From positions 32,001 to 96,000 of IMG/VR virus record IMGVR_UViG_3300028805_000037: a stretch of 64,000 bases of DNA; one strand, 5' to 3'. Under the pieces are notes generated by a model. It had not been told where the DNA came from. It saw nothing but the letters and a program-made list of their open reading frames with translations, and did no database searches. Both the position numbers and the translations under genes were made by a program. The DNA is from a virus. Its lineage: Duplodnaviria; Caudoviricetes. This document shows positions 1-12,275 of the stretch, one piece after another; position 1 is the first letter of the stretch, and every line of letters starts with the position of its first letter.

Positions 1-28
1 TATATTTAGTATAGAATATTTTAATTGG

Positions 29-1890
29 ATGAGAGAAGTTATGTCAGCTAATTTGAATATTAAATTCTATACTTATACAAAGAACACACAAGTATATCAA
101 ACTTATACCATGTTAAAAAATATAGAATCGTCTATGTTTAATTTTAATATTGTGAATAGTTTTGTATTGAATCATGTAAATTACTTTGACTTCATACATA
201 ACTTTGAAATAGAGTTTGATGCATTCAAAAGGATTATTGAAACTTTAAGAGAGAGTGGAAAGAAATTATTCTTTTGCAATTATAACTTTGAAAAATTTAA
301 AGAAAGAAATGAAGTGAACTATAATAAGTTAGTTGAATATTTGAAATCAAACAGCGATGTAATATCTTTCTTTGCTAATCATTTAGCTTGCGGTCAGTGC
401 AGTGCATGTTGTGATTATGAATACACAGTATTCTTAAAACATTAAAGGAGGAAGTAAATGAATAAATTTGAAAAACAATTAAAAGAATTATTTCAGAATT
501 TAAAAGGAGCATATAAATATATGACTCGTAAAGCAGGCTCTATATATAATATATTCACAAGTAAAAGTGTAAGTTTTAATGATGCACTACGAGTTATGGA
601 TGATGAGATTCTCGTAGATATTAGAGATCTGCAAATGGTTAAAAATCAATTTGATATAGCATTTGCAATGATAAGAATGATATTCAAATTAAATTTTAAT
701 ATTGACTATGATTCTATAATGGAAGATTCTGTTATTAAATATTGTAAAGGTCAAACAGATTTTATAGAATATTATGTTATGAAGAACGATAAACAGATTT
801 GGAAAAAATATTATATAAAATAGGAGGTGCAATATGAGACAAGCTTATTATGAACATAACAAAGAAAATACAATGCGTGTTAAGAAATTTGCGAATAAGT
901 TAAAGAAAACATTGTATGGTATTTATATTCCTCATTCTGTATCTGGATGTCAAACATCACCTTCAAGATATTTTCATTTGCTTAGTATGAAATATAAAGA
1001 TAAGATTATTAGGATAAGTGATCACGAAAGTATCAATCCTTTTTACCATACTGCAAATGTATATAATGTAATTATAAGGAGTGATGTTACAGATGAATGG
1101 GTTGAAAATAAATTAATAGATATTAAAAATTGGTTAGATAAGGAGGAAGATGATGAAAACAAAAGTATATCAGATAAATAATAAGTTACAACTTATAATG
1201 GCATTATCTGAAATATCTAAAAATCCATATGAATATGCAGACTGTACTGTTGAATTAGATAGAATTAAAATAGAATTGCTTGCAAAGATTTTATCTTATA
1301 GTAATGACTTTGTAAAATTTCATATTAAACATTCTGAAGAACTTATTAAATATAAAGCTGGTAAGAATTATGTAAGTAATCATATTAATTTAAATCTATT
1401 AGACTCTGGTTCTAATATGATATATAATCCTCCTCAAATAAAACAAGATGAGATTAATAGACTTGTAGACTTTCTTGACTGGCAAGCGTCTACAGATAAT
1501 CAATGGAACACTTTTAAAAGAGAATTTATTTGTGAGAAAGCTATTTATAAATATATAATTGAACCAGCATATGATAGAGATAAATTTAAAAAGTTATTTG
1601 CAAATAGAGTAACTACTTTAAGTAAAGCATCAGATTTTCCTTTTACTAATTCTGATATATTGACTTGCAAAAATCATATAATATATATTAAATGCAAGAA
1701 TATGTTTAATGCTTTAGATTTAATTCGAACTATAATTAACGATATATTAGATTATGAGATACGTAAATATATATTATTGTTTGAAATTAATAAAGTTTTA
1801 TATGTTCTATCAGAAGAACCTATTAAATCTATTAGCTACTATGATAATAGTACATTGAAAATAAATGAAGATTTATATAAAATAATATAG
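29..1890 (+). CDS. Four hypothetical phage proteins (29-445, 458-823, 834-1181, 1150-1890)
   Basis: Tightly packed same-strand ORFs, the last three with GGAG(G) SD sites; no recognisable family. Confidence 0.75.
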
Positions 1891-1902
1891 GAGGTAAATG
1901 AA

Positions 1903-2133
1903 ATGTTTACATTATTTGACTCAACAATGTTTCAAATTTTAAGTCCGTTATTCTTTCTTGTAGGAGTTATGATTGTAATTTGTTTAATTCTAGTAGTGAT
2001 ATTTTCAGTTCTTATCTTTATTAAGAGATTGATATTTGGATTTGAAGATGAAAACAATCAAGATGAAAGCAAGAAAGATAAGGATGCAGTTGTAGGTTTT
2101 GCATTAAAAAATAATAATATAAGGAGAGAATAA
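1903..2133 (+). CDS. Small membrane protein
   Basis: GGAGG SD; long hydrophobic stretch. Confidence 0.75.
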   Translation: MFTLFDSTMFQILSPLFFLVGVMIVICLILVVIFSVLIFIKRLIFGFEDENNQDESKKDKDAVVGFALKNNNIRRE

Positions 2134-3009
2134 ATGAAAAAAATAATATTAGTAATATTAATGTTGTCGTTGTTACCCATATTTACTTTTGCAAAGTTAA
2201 TAGAAGAAAATATTGACTTTCGTTATAAGTATGATTGGATTTCTTTTTTAGGAAGAGGTACTCAAGAATATCATAAGAAAGGTAATTGGTCATATGGATA
2301 TAAAGAATGGGATAACGGTGTAGATGGTCCTGGACACAAACATTTATTCATACCAAAAACACCAAAAGAATTTAAATGTCCTGCTTATTTAAACAATTAT
2401 CCGTTAGCTAATCGAGATATAAATGTAAATAATGTTAGAGATAATATGTATAGTGAAGATGATGCAATAGAATTAATAAGATGTCAAAACGGATATGCGT
2501 TTGAAGAAGGTATTTTGTTTGGTGTTACTGCAAATAATAATTGGTTTGTTGTGAATAATTGTGGTTATACACATACTAAAATGCCTGGTGATAGGCATGA
2601 TAAGTTTAGACCTTTTACAGATGCAAAGGTTGGTATTATGAAAACAATTATGATGCATTGCGAAAAGGAAAAAAGGAATCCAACATTGTCTGAGAAATAT
2701 ATTATGTTGTACCTTGACATGTGTGGAGACCAATTAAGTAGAGAATTAGACCAAGACTATCAACAATATTATGCAAAAGATTATAGAGCTACACAAAGAG
2801 CAAAAGAAGTTGGTCTTTGGATAGGTGGTCCAATTAAATTAGTTGGCTGGTGTTTGCTTGCATTGTTTGCATTTGTATTGCCAGGACTTATACTTGTAAT
2901 GTTAAAATGTATATTTCCGAAAGGTTCTGTAGTTTACAATGCAGTATGTGCACTTGAAGTGTTGTTAGGTATATTTGTAATATCATATTGGTATGGCAGT
3001 AAAAGATAA
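2134..3009 (+). CDS. Exported/membrane protein (signal peptide plus two C-terminal TM helices)
   Basis: MKKIILVILMLSLLPIFTFA signal-like N-terminus; two hydrophobic C-terminal segments. Confidence 0.75.
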   Translation: MKKIILVILMLSLLPIFTFAKLIEENIDFRYKYDWISFLGRGTQEYHKKGNWSYGYKEWDNGVDGPGHKHLFIPKTPKEFKCPAYLNNYPLANRDINVNNVRDNMYSEDDAIELIRCQNGYAFEEGILFGVTANNNWFVVNNCGYTHTKMPGDRHDKFRPFTDAKVGIMKTIMMHCEKEKRNPTLSEKYIMLYLDMCGDQLSRELDQDYQQYYAKDYRATQRAKEVGLWIGGPIKLVGWCLLALFAFVLPGLILVMLKCIFPKGSVVYNAVCALEVLLGIFVISYWYGSKR

Positions 3010-3024
3010 TTGGGGGTAAATAAA

Positions 3025-3505
3025 ATGAAAGATGAAATCGTAGAATTATTAGAAGAAATAAAAAGTATCTGTATCGGAGCTGACTCACCAGATGCTTTAG
3101 AAAATGGAAAGAAAAATCCTAAAGATGAATTAGCGAAATGTAGAAAAGATATATCTACAATATCTGATTTAGCAGAACAAATAGAAAACTTATTGGAGGA
3201 GGTGGAATAAAATGTTTGATTATGTATTATATGTAATAAAGTTCTTGACATTTGTTATTGGTATCGGGACTTACATTTTTCAATGGGCAAGTTTGATGTA
3301 TGAAATTATAGAAGGAGAAGTTAAAAATAAAAAAGAAATTATATGGAAAGTTATACCTTTTGGTTTTCTAATACTCGTAGTTTGGAAGTGGCAAGAACTT
3401 AGCAAAAAAGAGTTTGTTTATGAAGCAGAAGTTGTAAATAAAGAAGAAGTAGGAGTTGTAAATACAGAAAAAAAGGAGGAAAGAAAATGTTTGAAAAATA
3501 TATAG
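3025..3505 (+). CDS. Two small hypothetical proteins (3025-3210; 3212-3505 membrane)
   Basis: ORF track; SD-like sites; start of the first moved to ATG 3025. Confidence 0.65.
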
Positions 3506-5331
3506 GACAAAATCACATTAAAGATTTACTTTCAAAGTTTATTACTTACAGTAAATCTTCAACAGAACCTTTGCAACATATGTTAATTACTGGTTCTTCG
3601 GGTGCGGGTAAGACGACATTAGCAAATGCAATCGCAAAAGAACTTGGAGTTAAATGTGTATCGTTACTTGCAACAAATGCATCTGAAGATGATTTGATAA
3701 AAGCAATCTGCAATTTGAGTGATAAAGATATCTTGTTCATAGATGAATGTTTATCTGGTGATACAGAAGTTTTAACCGAAAACGGTTATATAAGATTAGA
3801 TAAATTAACAACTGAAACTCGTGTAGCTCAATGGAATAATGGAGTTATCGAATTTGTTTATCCAGAAAGAATAGTTAAAAAATATGCAAAGAAAGTTTAT
3901 GAATTGCCTATAAAAGACAATATGATATTGTATCAAACAGAACATCATAGAAATCTTATATATGATAAACAGTCAAAAACAAATAAAGTAAAATACCCTT
4001 CACAGTTAACAAGTGCACATAGTGTTATTTGTTCTGGAAAGATAAAAGATAAACATAATAAGTTAACTTTATTAGAAAAATTAATTATTATGACACAAGC
4101 TGATGGGTCAGTTAATGATAAAAATGTCGCAGGTATTCCAGTTACATTTTCGATTTCATTATCTAAGCAAAGAAAAATAAAGTATTTAAATTCATTAATA
4201 AAATTAGATATAAATAACTCTTTTAAAATACGTGAAGTAAAAGGTGCTAAAGCTCATGAGAATGTAAAATCAATGAAACGTTGGTTGTATAATTTACCTA
4301 AAACTTCAAAAGATTATAAACTATTATCTAATTGGTTTACTTTAACTGATTTTGATTTATCTAAAGCAAATGAGTTTTTAAAGAATATATTTATTTGGGA
4401 TTCTGCAGACTATGCTACTGGTAAAGTATATTGTACTACGGAAAAAGCTAATGCTGAATTTGTATATCAAGTAATGGTTCTCGCAGGTTATACACCATAT
4501 ATAAGTAAGCAAATTGATAAAAGAGGTTACAAAACACATTATAGAGTTTATATGCCAGATAAAACACGTAAATTATCTTTGCAGCATATACATGAAAAAA
4601 GAAAGCTTATTGATTGGAATGATTATATGTATTGTATAACAGTACCTTCTACATTTTTTATAGTAAAAAAAGATGGATATACATTTGTAACAGGTAATTG
4701 TCATGCATTGAATAAGAAACTTATTGAGATATTGTTTCCAATAATAAGTGAACATATATTATACACAAAGTATCAAGGAGTGATGACTAGGTTTAGAGTA
4801 TCAAACTTTACTATCATTGGAGCAACAACTCATGAAGGTAAGTTACCGACTGCATTCTTAAATAGATTTACAGTTACTTTAAATCTTAAACCTTATACTG
4901 AAAGTGAATTGTCTACAATGACAAAACTATATCTCGGACAATATAAAGCAGATGATACTATGCTTAATGCAATTGTGAATATGTCTAAAGGAGTTCCAAG
5001 AATTATAACAAATATAGTTAATAGTGTGAAAGTTTATTTGAAAAGTTTAGGTAAGGATACATTAGAGCAGAAAGACTTAAAGATGATACAAATGTTTTTA
5101 GGTGTTAATGACATTGGTTTAAACAATGTTGACTTCGAAATATTAAAGTATCTCTGCAAAGTTAAAGCTGCATCGTTAAAAACTCTTGCAAGTGTATTGA
5201 GTATTGAAGCAATTAATATCGAGCAGATACATGAACCATACTTAATTAAACTTGGTTTCATTGAAAGATGTTCTGCAGGAAGAACAATTACAGATGCAGG
5301 AAGAAAATATTTAGTTGACAAACAAATTTAA
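3487..5331 (+). CDS. ruvB: Holliday junction branch-migration ATPase RuvB, intein-containing
   Basis: YIGQ N-terminus, Walker A GSSGAGKTT, Walker B LFIDE, FTIIGATT, GVPR, and C-terminal EPYLIKLGFIERCSAGR winged-helix motif. Confidence 0.9.
   Translation: MFEKYIGQNHIKDLLSKFITYSKSSTEPLQHMLITGSSGAGKTTLANAIAKELGVKCVSLLATNASEDDLIKAICNLSDKDILFIDECLSGDTEVLTENGYIRLDKLTTETRVAQWNNGVIEFVYPERIVKKYAKKVYELPIKDNMILYQTEHHRNLIYDKQSKTNKVKYPSQLTSAHSVICSGKIKDKHNKLTLLEKLIIMTQADGSVNDKNVAGIPVTFSISLSKQRKIKYLNSLIKLDINNSFKIREVKGAKAHENVKSMKRWLYNLPKTSKDYKLLSNWFTLTDFDLSKANEFLKNIFIWDSADYATGKVYCTTEKANAEFVYQVMVLAGYTPYISKQIDKRGYKTHYRVYMPDKTRKLSLQHIHEKRKLIDWNDYMYCITVPSTFFIVKKDGYTFVTGNCHALNKKLIEILFPIISEHILYTKYQGVMTRFRVSNFTIIGATTHEGKLPTAFLNRFTVTLNLKPYTESELSTMTKLYLGQYKADDTMLNAIVNMSKGVPRIITNIVNSVKVYLKSLGKDTLEQKDLKMIQMFLGVNDIGLNNVDFEILKYLCKVKAASLKTLASVLSIEAINIEQIHEPYLIKLGFIERCSAGRTITDAGRKYLVDKQI
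3748..4698 (+). mobile_element. Intein (317 aa) with LAGLIDADG-like homing endonuclease remnant
   Basis: Starts CLSGDTEVLTENG, ends YCITVPSTFFIVKKDGYTFVTGN followed by +1 Cys; internal IIMTQADGS motif; removal restores FIDE-CHAL. Confidence 0.9.
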
Positions 5332-5343
5332 AATTTATATTAT
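5315..5343 (+). promoter_or_regulatory. Sigma70-type promoter
   Basis: TTGACA-N17-TATTAT. Confidence 0.65.
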
Positions 5344-5348
5344 AGGGG

Positions 5349-5642
5349 ATGAAAATGAAGAAATCATTAGAAGAACAAGTTAAAGAATTTAAAAATTTTT
5401 TAGATGTAAATTATTTCATTTATGATTATTGTACTTTAGATAATGATAAAGTACATAATTTTATAATTTACCCTAAAAATGACAAAACTAAATCATATAA
5501 AGTTATATTTGAAAATCAATATTGTATACGAATAATTATGTCATTTGATATGAATAATTATGTTACAACTAATATATCACCATTACCTGGTATATATTTT
5601 ACTTTAGAAAAAACTATAGCATTTTTTAGATTATTTTTATAA
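5349..5642 (+). CDS. Hypothetical protein
   Basis: ORF directly after promoter. Confidence 0.65.
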   Translation: MKMKKSLEEQVKEFKNFLDVNYFIYDYCTLDNDKVHNFIIYPKNDKTKSYKVIFENQYCIRIIMSFDMNNYVTTNISPLPGIYFTLEKTIAFFRLFL

Positions 5643-5652
5643 GGAGGAGTAA

Positions 5653-6000
5653 ATGGATAAAATTAAATATAGTAGAGGTCAAAAAGTATTTGTAATAAGT
5701 TCAGAACCATATTATGGTACATGTGATATTTGTAAAGGTAAAAGAAAAATTGAATTAAAAGGTAGACTATATACTTGTCCTGAATGTGATGGTAGTGGTA
5801 AGATGTATATAGACAATAGAAAATGGCGTATATTTGAAGGAACTATTAAAACTATATATGTTAATGAAGCTGGTGCTATATTATATACTGTTTGTTCAAA
5901 ATCAAATGGTAATTATATTGATTCAATAGATGAGGATGATATTTTTATAGATAAAAAATCAGCATTAGCAGTATGTAGAAAAAGAAAATTGGAGGATTAA
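5653..6000 (+). CDS. Zinc-finger protein (CxxCxG repeats), paralog of 8844-9218
   Basis: CDICKG...CPECDGSG. Confidence 0.75.
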   Translation: MDKIKYSRGQKVFVISSEPYYGTCDICKGKRKIELKGRLYTCPECDGSGKMYIDNRKWRIFEGTIKTIYVNEAGAILYTVCSKSNGNYIDSIDEDDIFIDKKSALAVCRKRKLED

Positions 6001-6001
6001 T

Positions 6002-7012
6002 ATGTCTTTTTTAAAATCAATAAAAGATTTTTTTCAAGAAAAAAGTAGAGTATCTGCTTGTGCAAAGCACGATTTTTATAAAGAATTGTTGCTAGAAGCG
6101 ATAAATGCTATAAATAAAAATGCAAATTTACAAGAAGATGAAATTGAGTTTTACAAAAAAGTAGGAGAATATTGTATATCCCATCATCTATCTTTGGATA
6201 AAGAACGTGATATTATAGAAGCTATAGTTATGAATAGTTTTAATGTTCCTATAGTAGGGATATATTATTTAGATGGATGGTTTCAATCAGCAAGATACGA
6301 CCAAGATAGATTTACAAGTGATTATATAACAATATATCAAAGATTTGCTAATCAAATATTACATACAAGAAATGCAAGAAAAGGAGAGTATATAGTTGTA
6401 ATAGAAGAAAAACCTTTAGAATTAAAGAAACAAATTAGAGATTTTCAAGGACGTATTCTTAGAGAAGCAGTAATTGCAATAGATTATTATGCAAGATTAA
6501 TTAAAATAACAGATGACCACGAAGAAGATAATGCTAAAATAAGTCATGATTTTAATCAAAGAGCTCATAAATATGCAATAAAAAATTCACCACCTATAAT
6601 ACTAAATAAGCCAAGTCAAGAAGCTATGGAACAATATAACCTTGCAAGACAGACTTATATACAACGTTACGGAGATGGAAGAGAATATTTTAATAACGAT
6701 GTTAAAGGTATAGTTATTGAAAGAAAGTATATAAAAACACTTGAAAATTTAAGTTTTATTCATTCGAAAATATTGCAACAAGAACAAGTGTATAATGTTG
6801 GAGATATTGCATACACAAGTTCAAATCGTAAAGTTAAAGTGTTGGAAAAAACAGAGAAAGGTTATTTAGTTAAAGATTTATTCAACGGTTTGGTTGGAGA
6901 TGAAACAAGATTATATGATGTAATCAGTGCATACTTTACAGAATACTTTTCACATAACAAAATAACTGCTACTTTAAAATGGAAGAAAGATAAAGAAAGG
7001 GGAGTAAAATAA
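6002..7012 (+). CDS. Hypothetical protein (336 aa)
   Basis: Long ORF with GGAGG SD. Confidence 0.75.
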   Translation: MSFLKSIKDFFQEKSRVSACAKHDFYKELLLEAINAINKNANLQEDEIEFYKKVGEYCISHHLSLDKERDIIEAIVMNSFNVPIVGIYYLDGWFQSARYDQDRFTSDYITIYQRFANQILHTRNARKGEYIVVIEEKPLELKKQIRDFQGRILREAVIAIDYYARLIKITDDHEEDNAKISHDFNQRAHKYAIKNSPPIILNKPSQEAMEQYNLARQTYIQRYGDGREYFNNDVKGIVIERKYIKTLENLSFIHSKILQQEQVYNVGDIAYTSSNRKVKVLEKTEKGYLVKDLFNGLVGDETRLYDVISAYFTEYFSHNKITATLKWKKDKERGVK

Positions 7013-7013
7013 A

Positions 7014-8850
7014 ATGAATAAAAAATATTTTGCAGTAATAGTATATAAAATATGGAGTATGTCATGTTTTGGTAATGATGAAACAATTGAATATATTAAA
7101 ATATTTGAAAAAGAAAAAGATGCAGAAGAATATAAAAATAAAAAAGAAAAAGAAGATAAGAATTCTTCAATTAAATGTGAAATTAAAAATGCTTATTTTT
7201 AAATAGGAGGATGGCAATGAACGTTAAACAATTAATTAAAGAGTTACAAAAGTATGACGGTAATACTAATGTAGAAATAGATATAGGTGAAATAAAAAAT
7301 GAACCTATAAAATGTGTAAAGAAAACTATATACAATAGTAATACTATCAACGGTATAGTAATAGAGCCTAGAAGATTCCGGGCGTTATGTTTAAAGAAAC
7401 TATAGGAGTACACTAATGAAAATTATAAATACTTATAAAGAGTTAATAAAGTGTATTAAAAGATTAAACATTAATGCTTTGACAATATGGAATAATGGAA
7501 AACTAATTTTACTTGAATTACCTAAACCAAAGGATACAACATTTTGGTATGGTAAATGGTTAGGGTTTGATGAAGACGGAACGATTAGTTTAATAGAGAG
7601 TGATATGTTACATAATAAATCAGAAACTATATTAGCAACAGACAAATCCTATAGTACTATGTGGACTATGATTAAATGTTTGGCTTTTAACGAGGAGGGG
7701 ATATAATGGAACCAAAACTACAATTACTATATAAATTTAAAGATCATAATAATAGTTGGCATGAACCTGGAGAAGTATGGGAAGTAAGTTATGCTGCTGG
7801 TGAAGGAACTGGATATATATACATACGTGATATTGGTGCATATAACCCTGCGGTAATTGCTTTAATTACAAGACGCTTAGACGGAGGAGTATAGTGCATA
7901 AACTAAATCAAATTGTTGTACTTAAAGATAAAACTAAAGTAAAAGTAGAACCTAAAGCAGATAGTTTTCCATGCGCATATATTTGTTACTTTGGTAAACA
8001 AGAGTATCATTTAGGATTTAATTATACATGTAATGAAAACTTATTGTTTAAACAATTAGATGGATGTAAAGCACCAAATGACTGTTGCTATACAGTACTT
8101 ACAAAATTTAGAAGAGGAGTATAATATGGAACAAGAAAATTTTAATTGGACTATTATATTAAAAGATAAAGAATTACCAAAAAACTTTCAAGAGTTAATT
8201 GACTATTGCCATTCTAAAAATTGGATGTTTTCATATCCACCAACAGCAAGAACGTTAACTATTAGAGTTGCAAAAAAACAACAATTATTGTATGATTACA
8301 CAAAACAAAAGTTAGAGATACAAGACTGTGGATTAGATGAAAACGGAACTGAAGTAGTAAAGAATCATGTAGAGTTTGAGAATATATCTACAGATCAAGT
8401 TTGTATTATTGCAGAAGGTTTTTTAGTACGAAAGTCTTCTATAGTTTTAATAAGATTAAAAGAAGAGATAAGCTACTTTAAAAGAACAAAAGATGCATTA
8501 ATAAACAAATATCATTTTGATACAGACGGAGATATAATTAGAATGTATAATGAAAATATTGCAGATAGAGAACAAAAATTAAAAGAATTAGGAGGTATAC
8601 TATGATAGAAATAAAACCTACAAAAAGAAGATATGATGGGTATAAATTAAATGAAGTTTATTTAAATGAAGAAGTTATCTCTAAAGGGTCTGATGTAATT
8701 GAATTAAGGATAAAAGATATACAGATAAAATTAGATATAACTCAAGACGGTTATATTAGAATATGGTCGGATAACGGTAAGTTTATTAATGATGGATATA
8801 TGAATAGCCTAAGTTGTGATTTTAAATTGAAGGAGGAAAAAAAATGGTAA
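7014..8850 (+). CDS. Run of small coupled hypothetical ORFs (7014-7202, 7211-7405, 7416-7706, 7706-7894, 7894-8124, 8126-8605, 8602-8850)
   Basis: Abutting or overlapping stops and starts, SD often inside the upstream ORF end. Confidence 0.7.
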
Positions 8851-9218
8851 CAGGGATAGGTGGGATGGAAATAAAAACTAAGTATAGTATAAAGGATTTA
8901 CTTTATATAATTGAAGAAGAAAAGTATGAAACAGAATGTGTATACTGTAATGGTACAGGAGTAGTAAAGATTAAAGGAAAGAAATTTGATTGTCCTAATT
9001 GTGATGGTAAAGGTGAAACTGAAACTGCAGTTAAATGGATTGTAGGTGACGCACAATATCCCGATAGAATTAGTATAGAAGTTGAGGAAGGTGAAAAGCC
9101 TAGAATAAGTTATGTATTTAAATGTGGAGATTTCCCACGTTACTATGATGAGAACGATTGTTTTCCATCTAGAGCTAAAGCACAAGCTGAATGTAATAGG
9201 AGGAACAATGAGAAATAA
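8844..9218 (+). CDS. Zinc-finger protein (CxxCxGxG repeats)
   Basis: CVYCNGTG...CPNCDGKG. Confidence 0.75.
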   Translation: MVTGIGGMEIKTKYSIKDLLYIIEEEKYETECVYCNGTGVVKIKGKKFDCPNCDGKGETETAVKWIVGDAQYPDRISIEVEEGEKPRISYVFKCGDFPRYYDENDCFPSRAKAQAECNRRNNEK

Positions 9219-12200
9219 GATAATAGATGAAATAAATGAAGTAGATAGTAAGATAACAGAAATAAGAAAGCAAATGGAAAACATAGCATATTCTTTAAAA
9301 ATGAAAGAATATTGCATTGAAATTATAAGACTAATAGATATTAGATATTATTTAGTTGATAAATTAAAGGAGCAGGACAATGGAAAAATATAATATAAAT
9401 GATGAAGTTTATATAGTATATTGCGATAAAATAATTAAGTGTAAAGTAACAGAAATAACTAAAAATATTAATGATATTAAATATAAATTATTAGGTGAAA
9501 ATAAAGAAGAATATATAAATTCTGAATCTACTGTATATAAAAATACAGAGGAAGCAGATCATTATATAAAAGAATGTTTATATAATCGTAAAGTTAATAT
9601 GATGGAATCTGAAATATCGAATTATCAAAAATGGGTATCTGAGTTAGATTTTGCTATAAAAAATCATGATAGATGTGAAACGATAATGAAAACTGTTTTA
9701 TTATCAAATGAAACTAATGGTAATGATAAAGCTACTGTATTTGCTGTAAATAATCAAGGTTCTAAAAAATTATTAGATTACATAAGAAGATACTTTAAAG
9801 AAGAACTTGATAGAAGAGAAAAAGAATTAGAAGAGTTTAAGGAGGAAAACAATGGAATTAAAAATTAAAATAAAACATTGTGAAGAATGTCCTTATGGTT
9901 ATACATTAGATGATTATATTATAAGTGATAAAGAACCTTATTGTAGAGTAGAAGATTTTAAATTAACTCATGTTGAATGTCCGAACATTAAAGACGGTAA
10001 AAGAATAAAACTTTTAAAAGAGGAAGATAATGGGAAATAAAATAATAGTTGAATTTGATATAGAAGATTTGAAAAATATATGTAATAGTAGAGAAGCTAA
10101 TATTATTAAATGTGATGGTTGTAAGCAGACAGATGAAAATTTAATTAGATGCAATTTGTTTTGTAGTGATTATAAGATTAAAGAACAGAACAATGGAAAT
10201 AATTAAATTTATTTATAATAGTAAAGATAAGTGCAATATCTATATTAATTCTATTATTAGCTTGTGTAATAATTAAAATAATAATAGTTTTTAGGAGATT
10301 AAAATGATAATAAGTAAATCTAGTTTATATTTGAGTAGTGGACCAAGTAAACGAGATATTCAAGAACAAAAATTATATAAAAATATTGTTGAAATATTAT
10401 TAAAAAATAAAGATAAAATTGAATATGTAGAATCTAAATTAATTAATAATACTACTTATCATTATTTTAAATACAAAAATAAAGAAATTGATATTTGTAA
10501 ATACAATTGGAAAGAAAGTGCTGATAAATATAATTTAACAGTTGATGATATTTGGTTTATTGGTTCTAATAGTTTTTCTTTTGAATATTTAGATTTATGT
10601 GAATATTTATGTAAATTAGGTGAAGATAAAGAATTTGATGAAAGATTAAAAAAATCTAAAGAAGAATCAATAAAAATATCTAATGAAATAATAAATAAAT
10701 TAGAAAATACATTAAAAGATTTAGAAAAATAAAATAATAAAATATGAGTTTTATTATATGTAAAAATGAAATAAAGGAGAATAAAAATGTTAAGAGCAAT
10801 ATTTAAGGTTATGTTGTATAAAAATAAAGAATTAACTGAAGAAAGTAAAATGATAGGTGATGGTGATATAATAGAAGTAATAGAACTAAAAGATAATTAT
10901 GCTAAAATTTATAGTAAAACTTATAAAGATATGTTTTATATATCAATAGGACAACTTACAGGTGGTTTTGAAAGAGGATAAAAGATGGAAACAAAAGAAC
11001 AGAAAATTGAAAGGTTGAATAAAATAATACAAAGAAATCAATTAAAAATGGGATATTTAATGGCTTTTGGAACTGATAAACAAATAGATAAGTGCTGGAA
11101 AGAAATAGAACAAGCAGAACAAGAACTAAAGGAGTTGGAAGATGATAAAAATATTAACATCTAAACCTGATGAATTAAATTTTTTGTGCAGTAATGAAGA
11201 TGAAAAAGAATTTATTAAAAATAATAGTGAAAAAATTTTAGATAAGTTTGTACAAGAAAGAACAAGGAATCATTGGAAAAGTTTTAAAGATTATTTATAT
11301 AGTATGGTATATACTAATTTAGAAGCAGAAAAATGGGGTACTTCAATACAAAATGAAATTGAATGGAATAATTATTGGACTAGAAGAGGTATGGACTGGA
11401 CAAAAAGTAATATTGAAAGATTGGAAAACTTTATAAATAAATATTATTTAAAGGAGTTGGAACAATGCAAATAATAATGTTTTTTATAGTTGTTATATTT
11501 TGTCTTATAGGATTTTTAGCATACGCAACACAGTGCCAAATACAAAAATTAGTAGAAGAAGTTAATGCTTTAAGATATGATATACAAGAAGTTAGAAAGA
11601 AATTAAGAAACAAAAAGTAGGAGGTTTAATGATTAAAAAAGCAATTGTCCCTATAATTAATGTATGTAAAGATTGTAGAAAGAATGATGATGGAAAGTGT
11701 AGAGGTGTAGGAAATGAAGTTATTTGTAGTATTATAGAAGAAGGTAAACAAGATTATGTTGAAACTAAAGTTATTGAGCTTCCAGAAACATTTGAAGAAT
11801 TTAAAAGTCTTTGTAAAGTATTATCTGAAAAACATGAATTATTAAAACACGGGTCAGACATACAAATATATCTTGATTCCGTTTGGATAAAACCATTAGA
11901 ATATACTAGAACAGGTGAAATAATGATGCATATAATAGAGGACGATTATGAAGTAACCTATGAAATAAGTACTGGTAGGACGCCTGCGCAAATGTATTTA
12001 AATATATTAACCGCTAAAGATAATATAATAGGAGGGGTTTAAAGATGAGTTTAGAAGAACAAATACAATTAATAGATGACGCAGTAACAAGAATAATGAG
12101 TTTAACTGTAAGAGCAGTTATTGAAGCAACGCAAACAGTAAAATCTGAAGATGCTTTTGATAGAATAGATTCTTTAATGAAAGAAAATAGTAGTTTAGTT

Positions 12201-12275
12201 GAACGCTTAAATAGCTATAGAAATTATTTATCTGAACAAAGAAAGATGGATGCTAGATCTTTAAAGGAGTTATAA
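9208..12275 (+). CDS. Run of small hypothetical ORFs (9208-9393, 9380-9868, 9852-10040, 10030-10206, 10304-10732, 10787-10981, 10985-11164, 11142-11474, 11465-11620, 11629-12042, 12045-12275)
   Basis: ORF track plus three sub-60-aa ORFs read by eye, each with an SD-like site. Confidence 0.65.
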
